Shown here: piece by piece, positions 1-11,135 of the stretch
Layout: each line of letters starts with the position of its first letter
How positions within the stretch are numbered: position 1 is the stretch's first letter
IMG/VR virus record: IMGVR_UViG_3300033070_001349
Coordinates: 1-64,000 of that record
DNA from: a virus
Taxonomy: Duplodnaviria; Caudoviricetes
Length of the DNA: 64,000 nucleotides
Reading direction: 5' to 3' (one strand)
Program-made: the position numbers and the translations under genes
The notes under the pieces: generated by a model
What the model saw: only the letters and a program-made list of their open reading frames with translations
Database searches by the model: none
Told to the model about the DNA's origin: nothing

Positions 1-588
1 ACCCTCACGCTGGGCGTGCACGACGGAGCCATCGGCGAGGTCCCGGTGTGGAAGACCCACAAGCGTGCCACCAACTGGCTCGCCGCGATCGACGTGAGCC
101 CCATCGCCCCAGGGGGCTTCAGCCGGGAGTTCGCCCGGCACTCCTACAGCGCCTCGACGTTCTACGTGGTCCCCGACTGGCTCAAGGCCGGGGTCGCCGT
201 CGAGTTCGGGACCAACTACACGAGCTCGGGCGGGAGCCAGACCCGGGATCGGTGGTACGGGGTGGTCGTGAGCGTCACCTCGAAGCTCCTCACCCTCCGG
301 CGGTACGCCACCGGGGAGGACGCCGTCGCGGTCTTCCGGCGCCTCCGGCGCCTCGCTCAGGCCAGGGCCAAGCGCCTTGGGGTCCCGGACGCCGAGTACG
401 ACCCACCGGCCGTCGAGGTCGCAAGGGTGCGGCACGACCAGGGGTGCCAGTTCTGCCCCGACCGGCCCCGCTCCCTCATCGAGGCCCGAGGGACGGGCCT
501 CGCGGGCGCCTCGACGCGATCCTTCCGTTTCTGCGACGCCTGCGCCGCGGTCCTCCTCAAGGCGCTACCCCAGGCCCTTCGTAAGTAA
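1..588 (+). CDS. hypothetical protein, probably 5'-truncated by the window edge
   Basis: Frame is open from base 1 to TAA at 586-588; no family recognised. Confidence 0.6.
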   Translation, partial: TLTLGVHDGAIGEVPVWKTHKRATNWLAAIDVSPIAPGGFSREFARHSYSASTFYVVPDWLKAGVAVEFGTNYTSSGGSQTRDRWYGVVVSVTSKLLTLRRYATGEDAVAVFRRLRRLAQARAKRLGVPDAEYDPPAVEVARVRHDQGCQFCPDRPRSLIEARGTGLAGASTRSFRFCDACAAVLLKALPQALRK

Positions 589-602
589 ACGACACAAGGC
601 CC

Positions 603-630
603 TTGACTCTTCGCAGTCATGCGCTAGATT
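603..630 (+). promoter_or_regulatory. phage class-I promoter
   Basis: AAACGAC-N9-TTGACT-N16-TAGATT, with ATGCGC directly before the -10. Confidence 0.8.
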
Positions 631-650
631 GGTTCTCAGAGGCACACACC

Positions 651-1682
651 ATGGCGCGAACCTTCCAGATCACCGGCCCCTACGGCACCTTCCTCGGTTC
701 GGCCCCCACGGGCTCCTACCGACCCAGGCCCCTCGCGATGTTGCCGCCCCGCACGTCCGTGACCCACCCCCTGCGGATCGACTGGGTCCCCCTCGGGTCC
801 GCGACGGGCGCCCTCGGCATCACCATCGCCCCCGGGAAGCACCACTACGGGATGGAGTCCGACCACAAGCGGGACCTCGCCGTAGACCTTCACGCGATCG
901 TCGAGGCGGGGGCTCGGGTCCTCGTCTCCCTGATCGAGGCGAAGGAGCGCGAGGCCCTCCGCATCCCGAACCTCCTCCGCGAGGCGGAGACTTTGGGCCT
1001 GGAGGTGTTCGCCCACCCGATCGCCGACGTGTCGACCCCCTCGGACCGTCCGGGCTTCGCCCTCCTCGTGCGCGAGGTGGCGAGCCGCATCCGGCTTGGG
1101 GAGAAGGTGGTGGCGCACTGCAAGGGCGGCCAGGGCCGGGCGGGGATGTTCGCGGCGTGCGTCCTCGTCGAGCTCGGGTTCGCCCCCAAGCGGGCGATCG
1201 AGCACGTCCGGGCCCACCGCCGCGGGGCGATCGAGACCCGCTCCCAGGAGCAGTTCGTCTACGGGTACGCCATCCACACCCCGGCAGACCGCGCCGAGGT
1301 CGCCCGGGGTCTCTCCGGGGACTCGCGCCTCGGGACGAAGTCCCGGGCCCTCGTCCGGGTGCTCTCGTCGGTCGAGAACGCCACCCGGCGCGAGATCGCC
1401 GCGGCCCTGCGGGACCCGGTCGGCGACAAGCGCCTCAACGACCTCGCCGCCCGCGGCCTCGCGGACAAGGTCGGCCGCCGGGTGTGTCGGGTCACGGGCA
1501 AGACCGCGACCGTGTGGGCCCTCGTGGGCTCGGACCCCAAGCCCCTCCCGAAGCGGGTCAAGGCCCCCAAGCCCCTCGTCCTGACCCCCGAGGAGCGCGA
1601 GGTCCTCCTCCTCGACCTCGTGGAGACCCCGCCGAGCGAGGGGCTCTCGAAGCTCCTCGCGTGGCTCCGCGCCCAGGTCTGA
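651..1682 (+). CDS. CDKN3-like / dual-specificity protein-tyrosine phosphatase with a C-terminal HTH-like region
   Basis: CX5R loop HCKGGQGRAG, PIADVSTP acid loop, GAIETRSQ motif. Confidence 0.85.
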   Translation: MARTFQITGPYGTFLGSAPTGSYRPRPLAMLPPRTSVTHPLRIDWVPLGSATGALGITIAPGKHHYGMESDHKRDLAVDLHAIVEAGARVLVSLIEAKEREALRIPNLLREAETLGLEVFAHPIADVSTPSDRPGFALLVREVASRIRLGEKVVAHCKGGQGRAGMFAACVLVELGFAPKRAIEHVRAHRRGAIETRSQEQFVYGYAIHTPADRAEVARGLSGDSRLGTKSRALVRVLSSVENATRREIAAALRDPVGDKRLNDLAARGLADKVGRRVCRVTGKTATVWALVGSDPKPLPKRVKAPKPLVLTPEEREVLLLDLVETPPSEGLSKLLAWLRAQV

Positions 1683-1683
1683 G

Positions 1684-2307
1684 ATGACCCTCCTACCCCC
1701 CGAGGCCCCGCCCGTGACGACCGATCACCCCCTCCTCCGCCTCGACTTCTTCGGGGAGATCCCCGCGTGGTTCCCGAGCCTCGTGGCCGCGAGGATGCGG
1801 GGGACCGCCCTCCTCGAAGAGGTCGCCGCCCAGCTCCTCGACCGGGAGCCGGACCAGATCCTGGCCGCCCTCCAGCCCCTCGCCGACGCCCACATCACCG
1901 AGGAGCTCGAAGGCTTCGACCTCGGCCACGTCAGGGTCCTCGCGCGGGACCGCGAGGCCGAGACCCTCGACCACTACCTCACCTCGCACGTCCACCTCGG
2001 GATCCGCGAGGCCCCCGCCCCCCTGGGGCTGTGGGTCCTCATGGCCGTGGCCTGCCTGGACCCGTCCAACCCGAAGCCCATCCTCTACAAGGACATCTTC
2101 GGTTTCCTCCTCACGGTCGCCCAGGGGCTCGGGCTCGGGGTCAACCCCAACCCCCTGGGCCCGGTCCTCCTCGTCTGTGAAGAGCTCCTCCCCCTGGTGG
2201 GCTTCTCGACCGGGACCAACGACAACGATGCGCGCTTCCCCGTCCACCCCAACCCCTTCCGACCGCGCCGACCGGAGCCCGAGGCCCTCGGCGCCCCCCA
2301 GCTCTAG
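1684..2307 (+). CDS. hypothetical protein
   Basis: ORF abutting the upstream stop, typical codon usage. Confidence 0.6.
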   Translation: MTLLPPEAPPVTTDHPLLRLDFFGEIPAWFPSLVAARMRGTALLEEVAAQLLDREPDQILAALQPLADAHITEELEGFDLGHVRVLARDREAETLDHYLTSHVHLGIREAPAPLGLWVLMAVACLDPSNPKPILYKDIFGFLLTVAQGLGLGVNPNPLGPVLLVCEELLPLVGFSTGTNDNDARFPVHPNPFRPRRPEPEALGAPQL

Positions 2308-2391
2308 AGCTTAGGGCGCACCGCCACGGGGCCACGGCTACGAGACGATCTAGTGGCCGACCCGATGCCCGTTCGTGTAGGGTCCCCCGCC

Positions 2392-2958
2392 ATGCTGACA
2401 GTCTACGCCGGGTGCATGGGGGCGGGGAAGACCGCCGTCCTGATCGACCTCGTCCACTACTACGACAACTTCGGGCCGACCCTGGCCCTGAAGCCTGCCC
2501 TCGACACCCGCTCGGGTCCCCACCTCCGCTCGCGCGACGGGCGACAGATCGACGCCGTGGAGGTCTCGACCCTCGAAGCGCTCGGGGGGGCGCTCACCCG
2601 CTTCGCGGAGTCATGTGACTCGGCGGGCAAGGCGGGCCTCGCCGTCATCGACGAGGGGCAATTCCTTCCCCAGGGGGCCCCCGGCGTCCTCCTCTCGGCC
2701 AGCATCGGCGGCCTCGCGGTGGTGGTCGCGGGCCTCGACCTCGACTACCTCGGGCGCCCCTTCGACGTGATGGCTCACCTCCTCGCGGCGGCCGACGACC
2801 CGCGGAAGCTCACCGCCTCGTGTGCCGGGTGCGGCGGCCCCGCGCGGTTCAGCTACCGCAAGGGCCCGGCCGCGCCCGGGGCCCTGATCGTGGTCGGCGG
2901 GGACGAGCTCTATGAGCCCCTCTGCGGCCTGTGCTACCGCGCTCGTCCGCCCTTCTGA
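2392..2958 (+). CDS. tdk: thymidine kinase
   Basis: P-loop GCMGAGKT, DEGQF, GLDLDYLGRPF, CxxC and GGDELYEPLCxxC Zn site. Confidence 0.93.
   Translation: MLTVYAGCMGAGKTAVLIDLVHYYDNFGPTLALKPALDTRSGPHLRSRDGRQIDAVEVSTLEALGGALTRFAESCDSAGKAGLAVIDEGQFLPQGAPGVLLSASIGGLAVVVAGLDLDYLGRPFDVMAHLLAAADDPRKLTASCAGCGGPARFSYRKGPAAPGALIVVGGDELYEPLCGLCYRARPPF
2607..2622. repeat. 16-bp dispersed palindrome, copy 1 (inside tdk)
   Basis: GGAGTCA-TG-TGACTCG. Confidence 0.85.
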
Positions 2959-2978
2959 GGACAATCGACACCACGGCC

Positions 2979-3006
2979 TTGACGGCTCCGCCCTTGGTGC
3001 TAGATT
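2979..3006 (+). promoter_or_regulatory. class-I promoter, leaderless arrangement
   Basis: AATCGAC-N9-TTGACG-N16-TAGATT-N6-ATG(3013). Confidence 0.8.
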
Positions 3007-3012
3007 AGGAGC

Positions 3013-5538
3013 ATGAGCACCTCAGACAAGAGCCCCGCCGCACCGCCCTCTCCCCTCTCGAAGGGGCGCTGGCCCTGGACCGCCCGATCCGTCCTGGTGC
3101 TGCACACCAACGAGACGATCACCCTCCCGCCCGAAACGGAGTACGCCCTCACTGAGCGGCCCTACTCCGAGACGGGGACTTTCCGGCCCGCCGCGCGACT
3201 GTGGCCGCACCACGGGCACGCCGGGAACCTCCCGCCGCACGTCGAAAACGAGGTGTGGGTCCAGCGCCCTGAGGGGCAGTACGTCGTTCGCATCCTCGGA
3301 TAGGAAGAGGTCTCGCCATGCCCACGCCCAAGAAGACCGCCAAGAAGTCCGCCCCCAAGCCCGGCGCCGTCATCCTCCCCCCGGCGCCCCCCTCCCTCCG
3401 CGACCGGATCGAGGCCGGGGAGTTCGCCAACCGCAACCCCTACGCCCAGCGCACGAAGGACCCCGCCACGCACGAGACGTGGCGCGCGGCCGAGACGGCA
3501 AACTACGCCAACTTCCGCGCCGCCCTCGAAGCGGACTACGACGTGGCGAAGTGGCCCCAGGCCCTCCGCGACCGGGTGTGGCGCGAGACCGAGGAGCGCC
3601 GGGACGGCTCGGGCTTCGCCTCCTACATCGACCGCTACGAGGAGATCGTGGCGGGGTACAGTGAGGCCTTCGACGCGGGCTTCAAGGCCGGGGAGGCTCA
3701 CGGCCGCGAGGCCGAGGCGGATCATCGGTCCGGGTTGACCGGCTAGGGGCTATGCGCTAGGTTGCGAACCGCGATGCTTACCCCGCCGCCCGTCGAAGTC
3801 CTCGCCGCCCTCGCCTCGAATACGGCGATGTTCTCCGCGGTGTCCGCCCTGAAGCGGATGCGGGACCGGGTCGAGAACTACCTCGAACACAGCCCCCTTG
3901 CCGACCCGGTCCGCCGCGAGTGGTGGACCCGGTGGCTCTCCTACGACACCCCCCACTGGCGCCGAGCCCTTGCCGACCCGAAGGACTGCGGCTGGGCGTG
4001 GTCGGTGTGCTTCATGGTGGAGGGGTGGATCGCCGGGGCGTGCCTCCGGGACCTCGAAGCCCTGCCCAGCCTGTGGTCGATCGAGACGGTCTCGGATGCG
4101 TGGAGTCAGGGCTTCCTCGTCCGGCTCGGGCCGGAGCCCGAGGGGCGCTATCTGACGCTCGCCGCGGACGGGGGCTGGATGGAGATTCTCGTGGCCGAAG
4201 AGCCCGACCCGGCCCCCGTCGAGGGCGCGTGAACCGCTCCTGGGACGTGACCCTCCGGCTCCCCGCGGCGATGCCCCTCGTCTTCCCGGCGGCCCCCCTC
4301 CCGTCGGGTAACATCGTCCCGTGCATCATCGCCCACCGGCAGAAGTTCGGCACGGGGCACCCCAAGGCCCCCTTCGTGCCGTCGCGCAGCCGCGACGCCT
4401 GGAAGGCCGCCCTCGCCGCGGGGAAGTCGCGGGGCCTGCGGCTCGTGGAGGTCAACGTCGGCGCCCCGCCCCACGCCGTGACGTGGTGGGTCGCTGGGGC
4501 CGTGATCTACGGCGGGGAGACCTACCGGCAGATCATCGCCGAGGTCGTCGGCCGGGGCCGCGCCCCAGACGCCTCGAAGGCCGCCCTCCTCTCCGCCCGC
4601 GGCGAGCTCGTGATCCACGATGCCCGTCAGGACGGCTTCGCTCCGCTCCTACCCGTCCTGTCCCTTGCCGCCGAGCCCGCCGAGCCCGAGGAGATCCCCG
4701 CCCCTGTGAGCGCCCTCTCCCCCCAACCCCCCGCCGTCCCCCACCGGGGGGAACCGCACCGCTGCCCCGAGGGCTGCGACGAGTGCAACGATCACGACTG
4801 CAAGCGCCGACGCCGCGGGGTGATGCCCGCGTGCCCCTGTCAGTGCCACGTCCGGTGCTTCGTCGCCGCCCACCCGTAGCCCATCGAGGACCCGCCGCCA
4901 TGCCCGAAGACCTCGCCTCTCACACCGAGCCGGAAGCCGCGTTTGGCTACCGGACGCGCCTCATGGGGCACTTCCAGCGCCTCGCCGACCTCCACGGCAA
5001 GGAGGCGTCCGCGATCCCCGAGGAGGGGGCCACGCCCCTGGACAAACTCCGGCGCGACGCCCACCTCCACCGCGGGGCGATCTACCTGTCCGTCGTCTCG
5101 ACCCTCTCGACCGACTCCCGGCGGGAGAGCCCGGAGGAGCGCACGGTGCGGCTCCTGGGGGTGGGGGCGAACGCCGTTCTCCACTACGCCGACCACCTCA
5201 AGGCGCATACCGCCAGGGCCTTCGCGGTCGAGCTCGTGGGCCGCATGAAGGACGCCCTGGCGCGGGTCGATCGGGAGTACCTCACCCTCGCCGAGGTGAA
5301 GACGGTCCTCACCGACGCGCGGGCCGAGGCTCACACCCCCTTCGGGTCGACCGTCGAGGCCGTGTACGAGGACGCCCTCTTCCGGTGGCAGAGCCTCGCG
5401 ATCCACCGGGCCCAGGTCGCCGAGGCCTTCGACGAGATCACCACCCTCCTCGACCTCCCCGAGGGCTCGACGCCCCGCGAGGTGGTCTTCGCCCTCCGGG
5501 AGCGGCTCGCACGCTCCGCCCTCGCTTCCAACGCCTGA
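3013..5538 (+). CDS. run of five hypothetical genes
   Basis: 3013-3303, 3318-3746, 3774-4232, 4229-4879 (Cys-rich C-terminus), 4900-5538. Confidence 0.6.
3735..3763 (+). promoter_or_regulatory. class-I promoter
   Basis: TTGACC-N17-TAGGTT with TATGCGC. Confidence 0.75.
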
Positions 5539-5543
5539 CCCGC

Positions 5544-5559
5544 GGAGTCACATGGCTCC
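5544..5559. repeat. 16-bp palindrome, copy 2 (intergenic)
   Basis: GGAGTCA-CA-TGGCTCC. Confidence 0.9.
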
Positions 5560-5578
5560 ATCACCCGAGAGAGACCCC

Positions 5579-8284
5579 ATGCTCATCCTCACCACCGACC
5601 GCATCGAAAACACCGAACACGTCATCCTGACCACCCGGCGCCTCGCCGAGCTCGCCTCCGACCCGGAGCGCACGCGCGTCACCGCGGGGATGCAGGAGCT
5701 CGCCTCGAAGCTCAAGCCCTACATCGCCGCAATCCCGCGCGACGGGTGGACCCCCTTCCACGTCGCCCTCGAACTCATCCGGCTCGACTACGCCTCCATG
5801 ACCCTCACGAATGAGGACGTGAACTTCCTCGTGTCATCCCTGGCGGAGTACCCCTGGTCGGACATCTCGACCGACGAGATGCGCTTCGCCTGGGCCCACC
5901 GCTTCTATGCCATCGCCGAGCTCAAGGGGTACTTCGCCTTCGTTCCGCGCAGCGGCGAGGCCGTCAACGTGGGCGTCTCCCGGGCGCAGATCGAGCTTCA
6001 CTCCCTCGTCTGCGACGCCCGCCGCCGCGACTACGGCGCGGCGCTCGAAGCCACTAACCTCATGCACTTCGCCTCCAGGGACCGCGCCCACGTCGACTAC
6101 CAGACCCTCGTGACCGTGCGGCCCGGCTTCCTCGTCACGACCGACGGCGCCGAGGCCACGGTTGTCTTCTACGACTACGTGATCCCCTTCGGCCGGACCG
6201 GCACGGGCCCCGAGGCCATGGCCTTCAAGGCGGTGAACCCCCGGCGCTACATGGAGGCGGTCGCCCTCCTCCCGGGCAACAACCGCGGCACCGACGAGGA
6301 CCTCAAGGGCTCCTTCCGGCGGGACGACGCCCGGCCCCCGCACGTCGTGAGCAGCGACGCGATGCTCTCCCGCGCGACGCATCGGGCCCCCGGCGCCCCC
6401 CGCGGGGTCGACGGCCCCTTCGTCCCCGAGACCCTCACGCACCCCCTCCTCGACAGCGCGGACACCGCCGAGGAGGTCGACGCGGCCCTCGCCGCCGCCG
6501 AGGGCTGCGACTACTGCGGGCCGGTCCCCGACGCCCGCGACAGCGACAGCGACCTCATCGCGGCGATCCAGGCGGCCGACCCCGCCCTCAACCCGAGGCG
6601 CAAGGCCGCCGACGAGGAGAAGAGGTCGGTGCGCCACCTCGTGGGCATCGGGCGGCTCCCGCACGCCTTCATCGAGGAGCACGCCCAGGGCATGGCCCCG
6701 CGGGCGCCGCGGCTCGGGGTCCGGGGCGTGCTCGCCGGGCCCCCTTCGGGGGATCCTGGTCTCCTCGACCGCGCCGAGCGCCACCCCGCCTCGGCGGTGT
6801 CCGCGAAGCACCCCGCCGAGCGTCGGTCCGTGACCGAGCTCCGCAACAAGCTCTCCGAGGCCCTCGACATCATCGGGAAGATGAGCGCGGCCGAGCGGTC
6901 GGGGCAGGCCAACACCGACCACCGGGAGGGCTACAACCGGCTGCGGTCGTGGGCCCTGACCTTCCTCCACGGAGTGCCCGCGTCCTCCTTCCCCGGGCCG
7001 ATGCCGCTCGACGAGGGGGCCCCGGTCACCTTCGAGGCCCTCGCCGTGTGCATCCGGCAGCTCCTTGGGCTCTTCCCGGTGCAGGCCTCCCCCGACTACG
7101 TCGGCCTCATGGCCGAGTCGCCCGGGGTTCTCGGGGACGCCCTCCGCCATCCGGGGCCCCCGCCCATGGCCCCCGCCGACCCCACCGCGCTGCAACTGCT
7201 TCGCGTGGACATCACCGTCTCGATCCGCGACCTCGCGGGGGTCGGGATCGACGCCCTGTACGCCAAGGCGAGCGCGGAGGCAGTCGGCGCCTACAACGCC
7301 CTCCTCGCTCGGGCGTGGGCGCTCTTCCCCGAGCCCGGCCCCCAGCGCGCCCTCCTCCCCGAGGTCATCGCCGCGGTCCCTGGCCTCGCGCCGCCGAACA
7401 GGGCCGAGGTCCTCGAACGGTCGCGCCGCCTCCTCGCGGTCCTCCCCGGGGACCCGCCCGCGAGCGGTCAGGATCCGCTCGAATCCCCGCGGGCCAAGGG
7501 ATCGGAGGAGCCATACGACCTCGTGAACGACGGCCTCCTCCAGGCGTGCCTCGCGGGCCCCGAGGCCATCCGGGTCTTCGCCCTCGACGACTTCGCGGTC
7601 GCCTTCCTCGACCGCCTCGACGACCTCGGCCGCCTCGTCCGCCGCGGGCGGCTCCCGTGGGCCACCGTCTTCGCGTGCGTCGAGGCCTACAACCACTTCC
7701 GCCGCGCGGTCTTCCAGACGACCGGCGGCGGCATCACCCTCGGGGACCTGGGCCCGGTGGAGCTCCCCGTCGTGGACACGATCGGCAAGGCCGAGGTCCT
7801 GGTCGACCTCAAGGTGCGGATCGCGGAGATCCTCAACCGGCTCCGCCTTTCGCGGACGAAGCGCGCCCAGGATCCGAAGCCCGAGGCCCTCCAGACCCTC
7901 TCGTCGTCCGCGGGTGCAGCCCCCAACCTCATCGACGCCCTCCGCGGGGGCTTCGTGGGCTACCACCTCTTCTCGGCCCGTTCGGCGGCCGAGGGACTCC
8001 TCGGGACGATCGACGCGGTCCTCCACTTCGGTCAGGGCAACGAGCAGCCGTACCCCACGGAGCGGCTCCTCCACACGATCGAGGCCTATAACACCCTCCT
8101 CGCGGCGGCGGTCGCCGCGTGTGGGCCCGGGGTCCCGTATACGCGGTGGCCGGATCGCATGGCGACCGTCCTGCGCTCTGAGATGCCCGCCGAGCTCGCC
8201 CGGGACCACTACCGCGCCCTCGCCGCGGCGCTCCGTACGATCCTCTCCCTCCTCGCCACGCCACGCCGCGCCCCGCGGACGTGA
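5579..8284 (+). CDS. large hypothetical protein (~900 aa) with four C-terminal xAYN/xGYN helical repeats
   Basis: REGYNRL, VGAYNAL, VEAYNHF, IEAYNTL spaced ~120-135 aa apart. Confidence 0.7.
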   Translation: MLILTTDRIENTEHVILTTRRLAELASDPERTRVTAGMQELASKLKPYIAAIPRDGWTPFHVALELIRLDYASMTLTNEDVNFLVSSLAEYPWSDISTDEMRFAWAHRFYAIAELKGYFAFVPRSGEAVNVGVSRAQIELHSLVCDARRRDYGAALEATNLMHFASRDRAHVDYQTLVTVRPGFLVTTDGAEATVVFYDYVIPFGRTGTGPEAMAFKAVNPRRYMEAVALLPGNNRGTDEDLKGSFRRDDARPPHVVSSDAMLSRATHRAPGAPRGVDGPFVPETLTHPLLDSADTAEEVDAALAAAEGCDYCGPVPDARDSDSDLIAAIQAADPALNPRRKAADEEKRSVRHLVGIGRLPHAFIEEHAQGMAPRAPRLGVRGVLAGPPSGDPGLLDRAERHPASAVSAKHPAERRSVTELRNKLSEALDIIGKMSAAERSGQANTDHREGYNRLRSWALTFLHGVPASSFPGPMPLDEGAPVTFEALAVCIRQLLGLFPVQASPDYVGLMAESPGVLGDALRHPGPPPMAPADPTALQLLRVDITVSIRDLAGVGIDALYAKASAEAVGAYNALLARAWALFPEPGPQRALLPEVIAAVPGLAPPNRAEVLERSRRLLAVLPGDPPASGQDPLESPRAKGSEEPYDLVNDGLLQACLAGPEAIRVFALDDFAVAFLDRLDDLGRLVRRGRLPWATVFACVEAYNHFRRAVFQTTGGGITLGDLGPVELPVVDTIGKAEVLVDLKVRIAEILNRLRLSRTKRAQDPKPEALQTLSSSAGAAPNLIDALRGGFVGYHLFSARSAAEGLLGTIDAVLHFGQGNEQPYPTERLLHTIEAYNTLLAAAVAACGPGVPYTRWPDRMATVLRSEMPAELARDHYRALAAALRTILSLLATPRRAPRT

Positions 8285-8307
8285 ACCCCGGCTGACCTAC
8301 CCCTCCC

Positions 8308-9159
8308 GTGTTCGACCCCCTCCTCCCGTTCTACCCGAAGCCTGACGGCGGGGTGGGGGTCCGCGCCCCCTACCTCCTCGCCGTCTACCGGGTCGTGTCC
8401 TCCAAGGGGCGCCGCCCCGAGCTCGTTCACGAGCCCGAACTCCCGGAGGTGTCGGGCCCCCGCGAGCAGGACACCATCCTCGTCCGCGTCTACATGGAGC
8501 TCTCCCAGACCTACGGCCCGGGGTGGGTCACGGTCGGACAGGCTCTCGTCACCGCTGGCCGGTTGACCCCCGAGGCCGAGCGGCTCCTCGACCTCCTCGC
8601 CGCCCTCTACCCCCAACGAGCCCCCGACTCGAAGTAGGATCGCCGCCCCATGAGCAGTGACTACGGCATCGTCCACCCCCCGAAGACCCTCCGCGAGCGC
8701 TTCCTCGACTCGCTCTACCAGTCCCAGGTCGAGAAGGTGAAGGAGTCCCTACGGGGGGACGGGGTGAGCTTCCTGGGCCGGGCAACCAACCTGGACGCCA
8801 GGGTGGCCCACCGAGTCCTCGCCTCCTTCGGTCTCGCCGGGTGGCACATCGACATCGAAGACACCCCCGATGGCGCGGACTACATCCGCGCCACCGTGAC
8901 CGAGCCCTGCGAGGACCTCGACGTGGGCCGCAAGGCCGCCGAAGAGATGACCGACCGCCTCCGCACCCTCTGTCTCGATGCCCAGGTGGAGGTCCGAGGA
9001 GCCCCGGGGTGCCGGTGGATCCTCGTCGTCTACCGCCTCGGGGACGGCTCCCACGAGCCGGTGACGATGGCGTCCGAGCCCACTGACCTCCTCGGGCTCT
9101 GGCGCGTCTTCAACCTCTTCTTCCCCCCGCCGGTTGACTCCGATCTTTCTATGCGCTAG
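8308..9159 (+). CDS. two hypothetical genes
   Basis: 8308-8637, 8650-9159. Confidence 0.55.
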
Positions 9160-9162
9160 ATA
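9134..9162 (+). promoter_or_regulatory. class-I promoter, leaderless arrangement
   Basis: TTGACT-N17-TAGATA-N6-GTG(9169). Confidence 0.75.
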
Positions 9163-9168
9163 GAGCCC

Positions 9169-9519
9169 GTGACCAACACCCCCGCGATCCCGCCGCCTCC
9201 GAACGACCAACCGACGGACCCCCAACACCGCGAGCTCCTCGCGAAGATCCGGGACGACCGGGACCGAAACGCGATGCGGGTCCTCTTCCTGGCGACGGAG
9301 GGCAAGACCACCTACGCCGAGGCCCGAGACCTCGCGGGCTTGTCGATCGGTCAGGCCGCCCGGTACCTCCAGGCGTCAGGGTGGACGAAGGCCCGGCTCG
9401 AAGCGATCGAGACCGGCGCGGAGCGGCCCACCGCCGCCGAGCTCGCCGACCTCATGCGGACCTACGGGGTCCCGGACTTCATCGGATGGACGCGCAACCC
9501 CTCCTCCCCCTCGACCTGA
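9169..9519 (+). CDS. XRE-family HTH protein
   Basis: ARDLAGLSIGQAA...LEAIETGAERPTAAELADL. Confidence 0.7.
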   Translation: MTNTPAIPPPPNDQPTDPQHRELLAKIRDDRDRNAMRVLFLATEGKTTYAEARDLAGLSIGQAARYLQASGWTKARLEAIETGAERPTAAELADLMRTYGVPDFIGWTRNPSSPST

Positions 9520-9757
9520 GCGCGCGCCCCCTGCGGCCGATCCCCGAGGGCTCCAACCCGGGGAAGGTCGTCGTCGAGTGCGCCGGGTGCCACGTCCTGG
9601 CCCTACCCTTCCTCTACCGGACCTTCCAGGTGCAAGGGCACACGATCACCGAGGACCCCTACTGCCTCGACTGCGCGGCCGAGCTCATCCTCGCGAAGAA
9701 GCGGGCCGAGGGCTACGTGCCCGAGTGTTGGGCCTGGGCCATCGCGTGGGCCCTCTC

Positions 9758-10513
9758 GTGACCCCCTACCCGCACCCCCTCCTCGATTGCCCGGCCTGCG
9801 ACCACGGGACGGTCACCATCACCACCGGGGACGGTTCCTTCGGGACCCTGGAGCCGGAGTCATGTGGCTCCTGCGACGGCACCGGGTGGCGGGACGAGTC
9901 CGTCGAGGCCGCGATCGAGCGGCTCTACCCCGAGGTGTGGCCGTGGGCCCCGGGCGTAGGGGGCGTGCGTTGGTACAACCCCCGCGAACCGGCCGGGGGG
10001 TACGACCACCTCGGCCCGGTCTATCCCAGGCGGCGCCCGGTCTCCTGTCGCAAGTGCGAGAACCCCCACAACTGGGAAGGCTGCGTCGGGGCTGACTGTT
10101 GCCGCCACTGCGCTCTGATCGACTCCCCGCCCCTCCTCGAAGACCTCTCCGCCGTCCTCTACTACGGGGTGCGGCGCTACGAGGCCGCCACCTCGATCCT
10201 CCGAGAGCTCGACCCTGAAGGGATGATCGTCTTCCTCGCCGGGGACCTCCGGCACCGCCTCGCCTACGGCCGCAACCCCAGGGCCATGGCCTACCTGGAA
10301 CGGCGTCGCGCGGAGCGGGGCGGGGGCCCTGACCCCTACAAGGCTCTCGCGGACCTCCGCATCATCACCCTCGACCGGCGGGTCATCGGCCCGGAGAAGG
10401 CCTCCGTCCTCAACCCCCCGCGATGCACCGTCATCGGGTTCCTACCCCCGGAGAGAGAATCACGATGGGACTCCCCCCTGACCCCGTCCTCACTGCCCGT
10501 CGGCCTGCCCTGA
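9758..10513 (+). CDS. Zn-finger hypothetical protein (dispersed paralog family)
   Basis: CPACDHG...CGSCDGTG, EAAIERL, ILRELDP. Confidence 0.6.
   Translation: MTPYPHPLLDCPACDHGTVTITTGDGSFGTLEPESCGSCDGTGWRDESVEAAIERLYPEVWPWAPGVGGVRWYNPREPAGGYDHLGPVYPRRRPVSCRKCENPHNWEGCVGADCCRHCALIDSPPLLEDLSAVLYYGVRRYEAATSILRELDPEGMIVFLAGDLRHRLAYGRNPRAMAYLERRRAERGGGPDPYKALADLRIITLDRRVIGPEKASVLNPPRCTVIGFLPPERESRWDSPLTPSSLPVGLP
9856..9871. repeat. 16-bp palindrome, copy 3 (in CDS)
   Basis: GGAGTCA-TG-TGGCTCC. Confidence 0.9.
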
Positions 10514-11088
10514 AGGGGCTACTCCTCGCCCTCGCCCCGCCCGACGTGACGCCCGAGCGGGTCGACCGGGCCCTCGCCCGGCCGGTCTTCTCAGAGGAGA
10601 CGGTCTACGCCCCGGTCGAGAACATGGAGAGCGGGTGGCGGCACCGGCTCCGGGACCCCATCGGCATGCTCGAAGTCCTCGTGGAACGCGGGCTCGCCCC
10701 GGAGGACACGTTCGACCCGAAGGCGAGGAGGCGGTGGTGGTGCTCCTACTGCCAGGGGACGGGCCGGGTTCCGGGGCGGCCGTGCGACTGCGGCCCCGGT
10801 ACGTGGGCCGCGCTCAACGCCTTCGACCTCCTCTCGTGGCTCTCGATCGGCCTCACGGCGATCCGCCTCGCCGAGGACCTCGCCCGCGAGCTCGAACCGG
10901 AGGGCGAGGCGGTGTGGCGGGTGATGAGCCCCTACGACGCCCGGACCCTGATGTGGCCGGTGGACCCCCCGCCCGGCGGGGGCGGGACCCGCATCGTCGG
11001 CCACCTCCCGCCCCTCGTGTACCTCCACGGCCGGGCCCCCCGACTCGTCACCCTCTGCGTCGAGTGGCTCCCTCCCTCCGATCGGTAG
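10465..11088 (+). CDS. hypothetical protein (dispersed paralog family)
   Basis: LVERGLAP..DP..RRWWCSYCQG...AEDLARELEP...VWRV. Confidence 0.65.
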   Translation: MGLPPDPVLTARRPALKGLLLALAPPDVTPERVDRALARPVFSEETVYAPVENMESGWRHRLRDPIGMLEVLVERGLAPEDTFDPKARRRWWCSYCQGTGRVPGRPCDCGPGTWAALNAFDLLSWLSIGLTAIRLAEDLARELEPEGEAVWRVMSPYDARTLMWPVDPPPGGGGTRIVGHLPPLVYLHGRAPRLVTLCVEWLPPSDR

Positions 11089-11135
11089 CCCGAAGGTAGC
11101 CCGCGGAGGGGTCAGGATGGGGTAGCGTCCTACCC

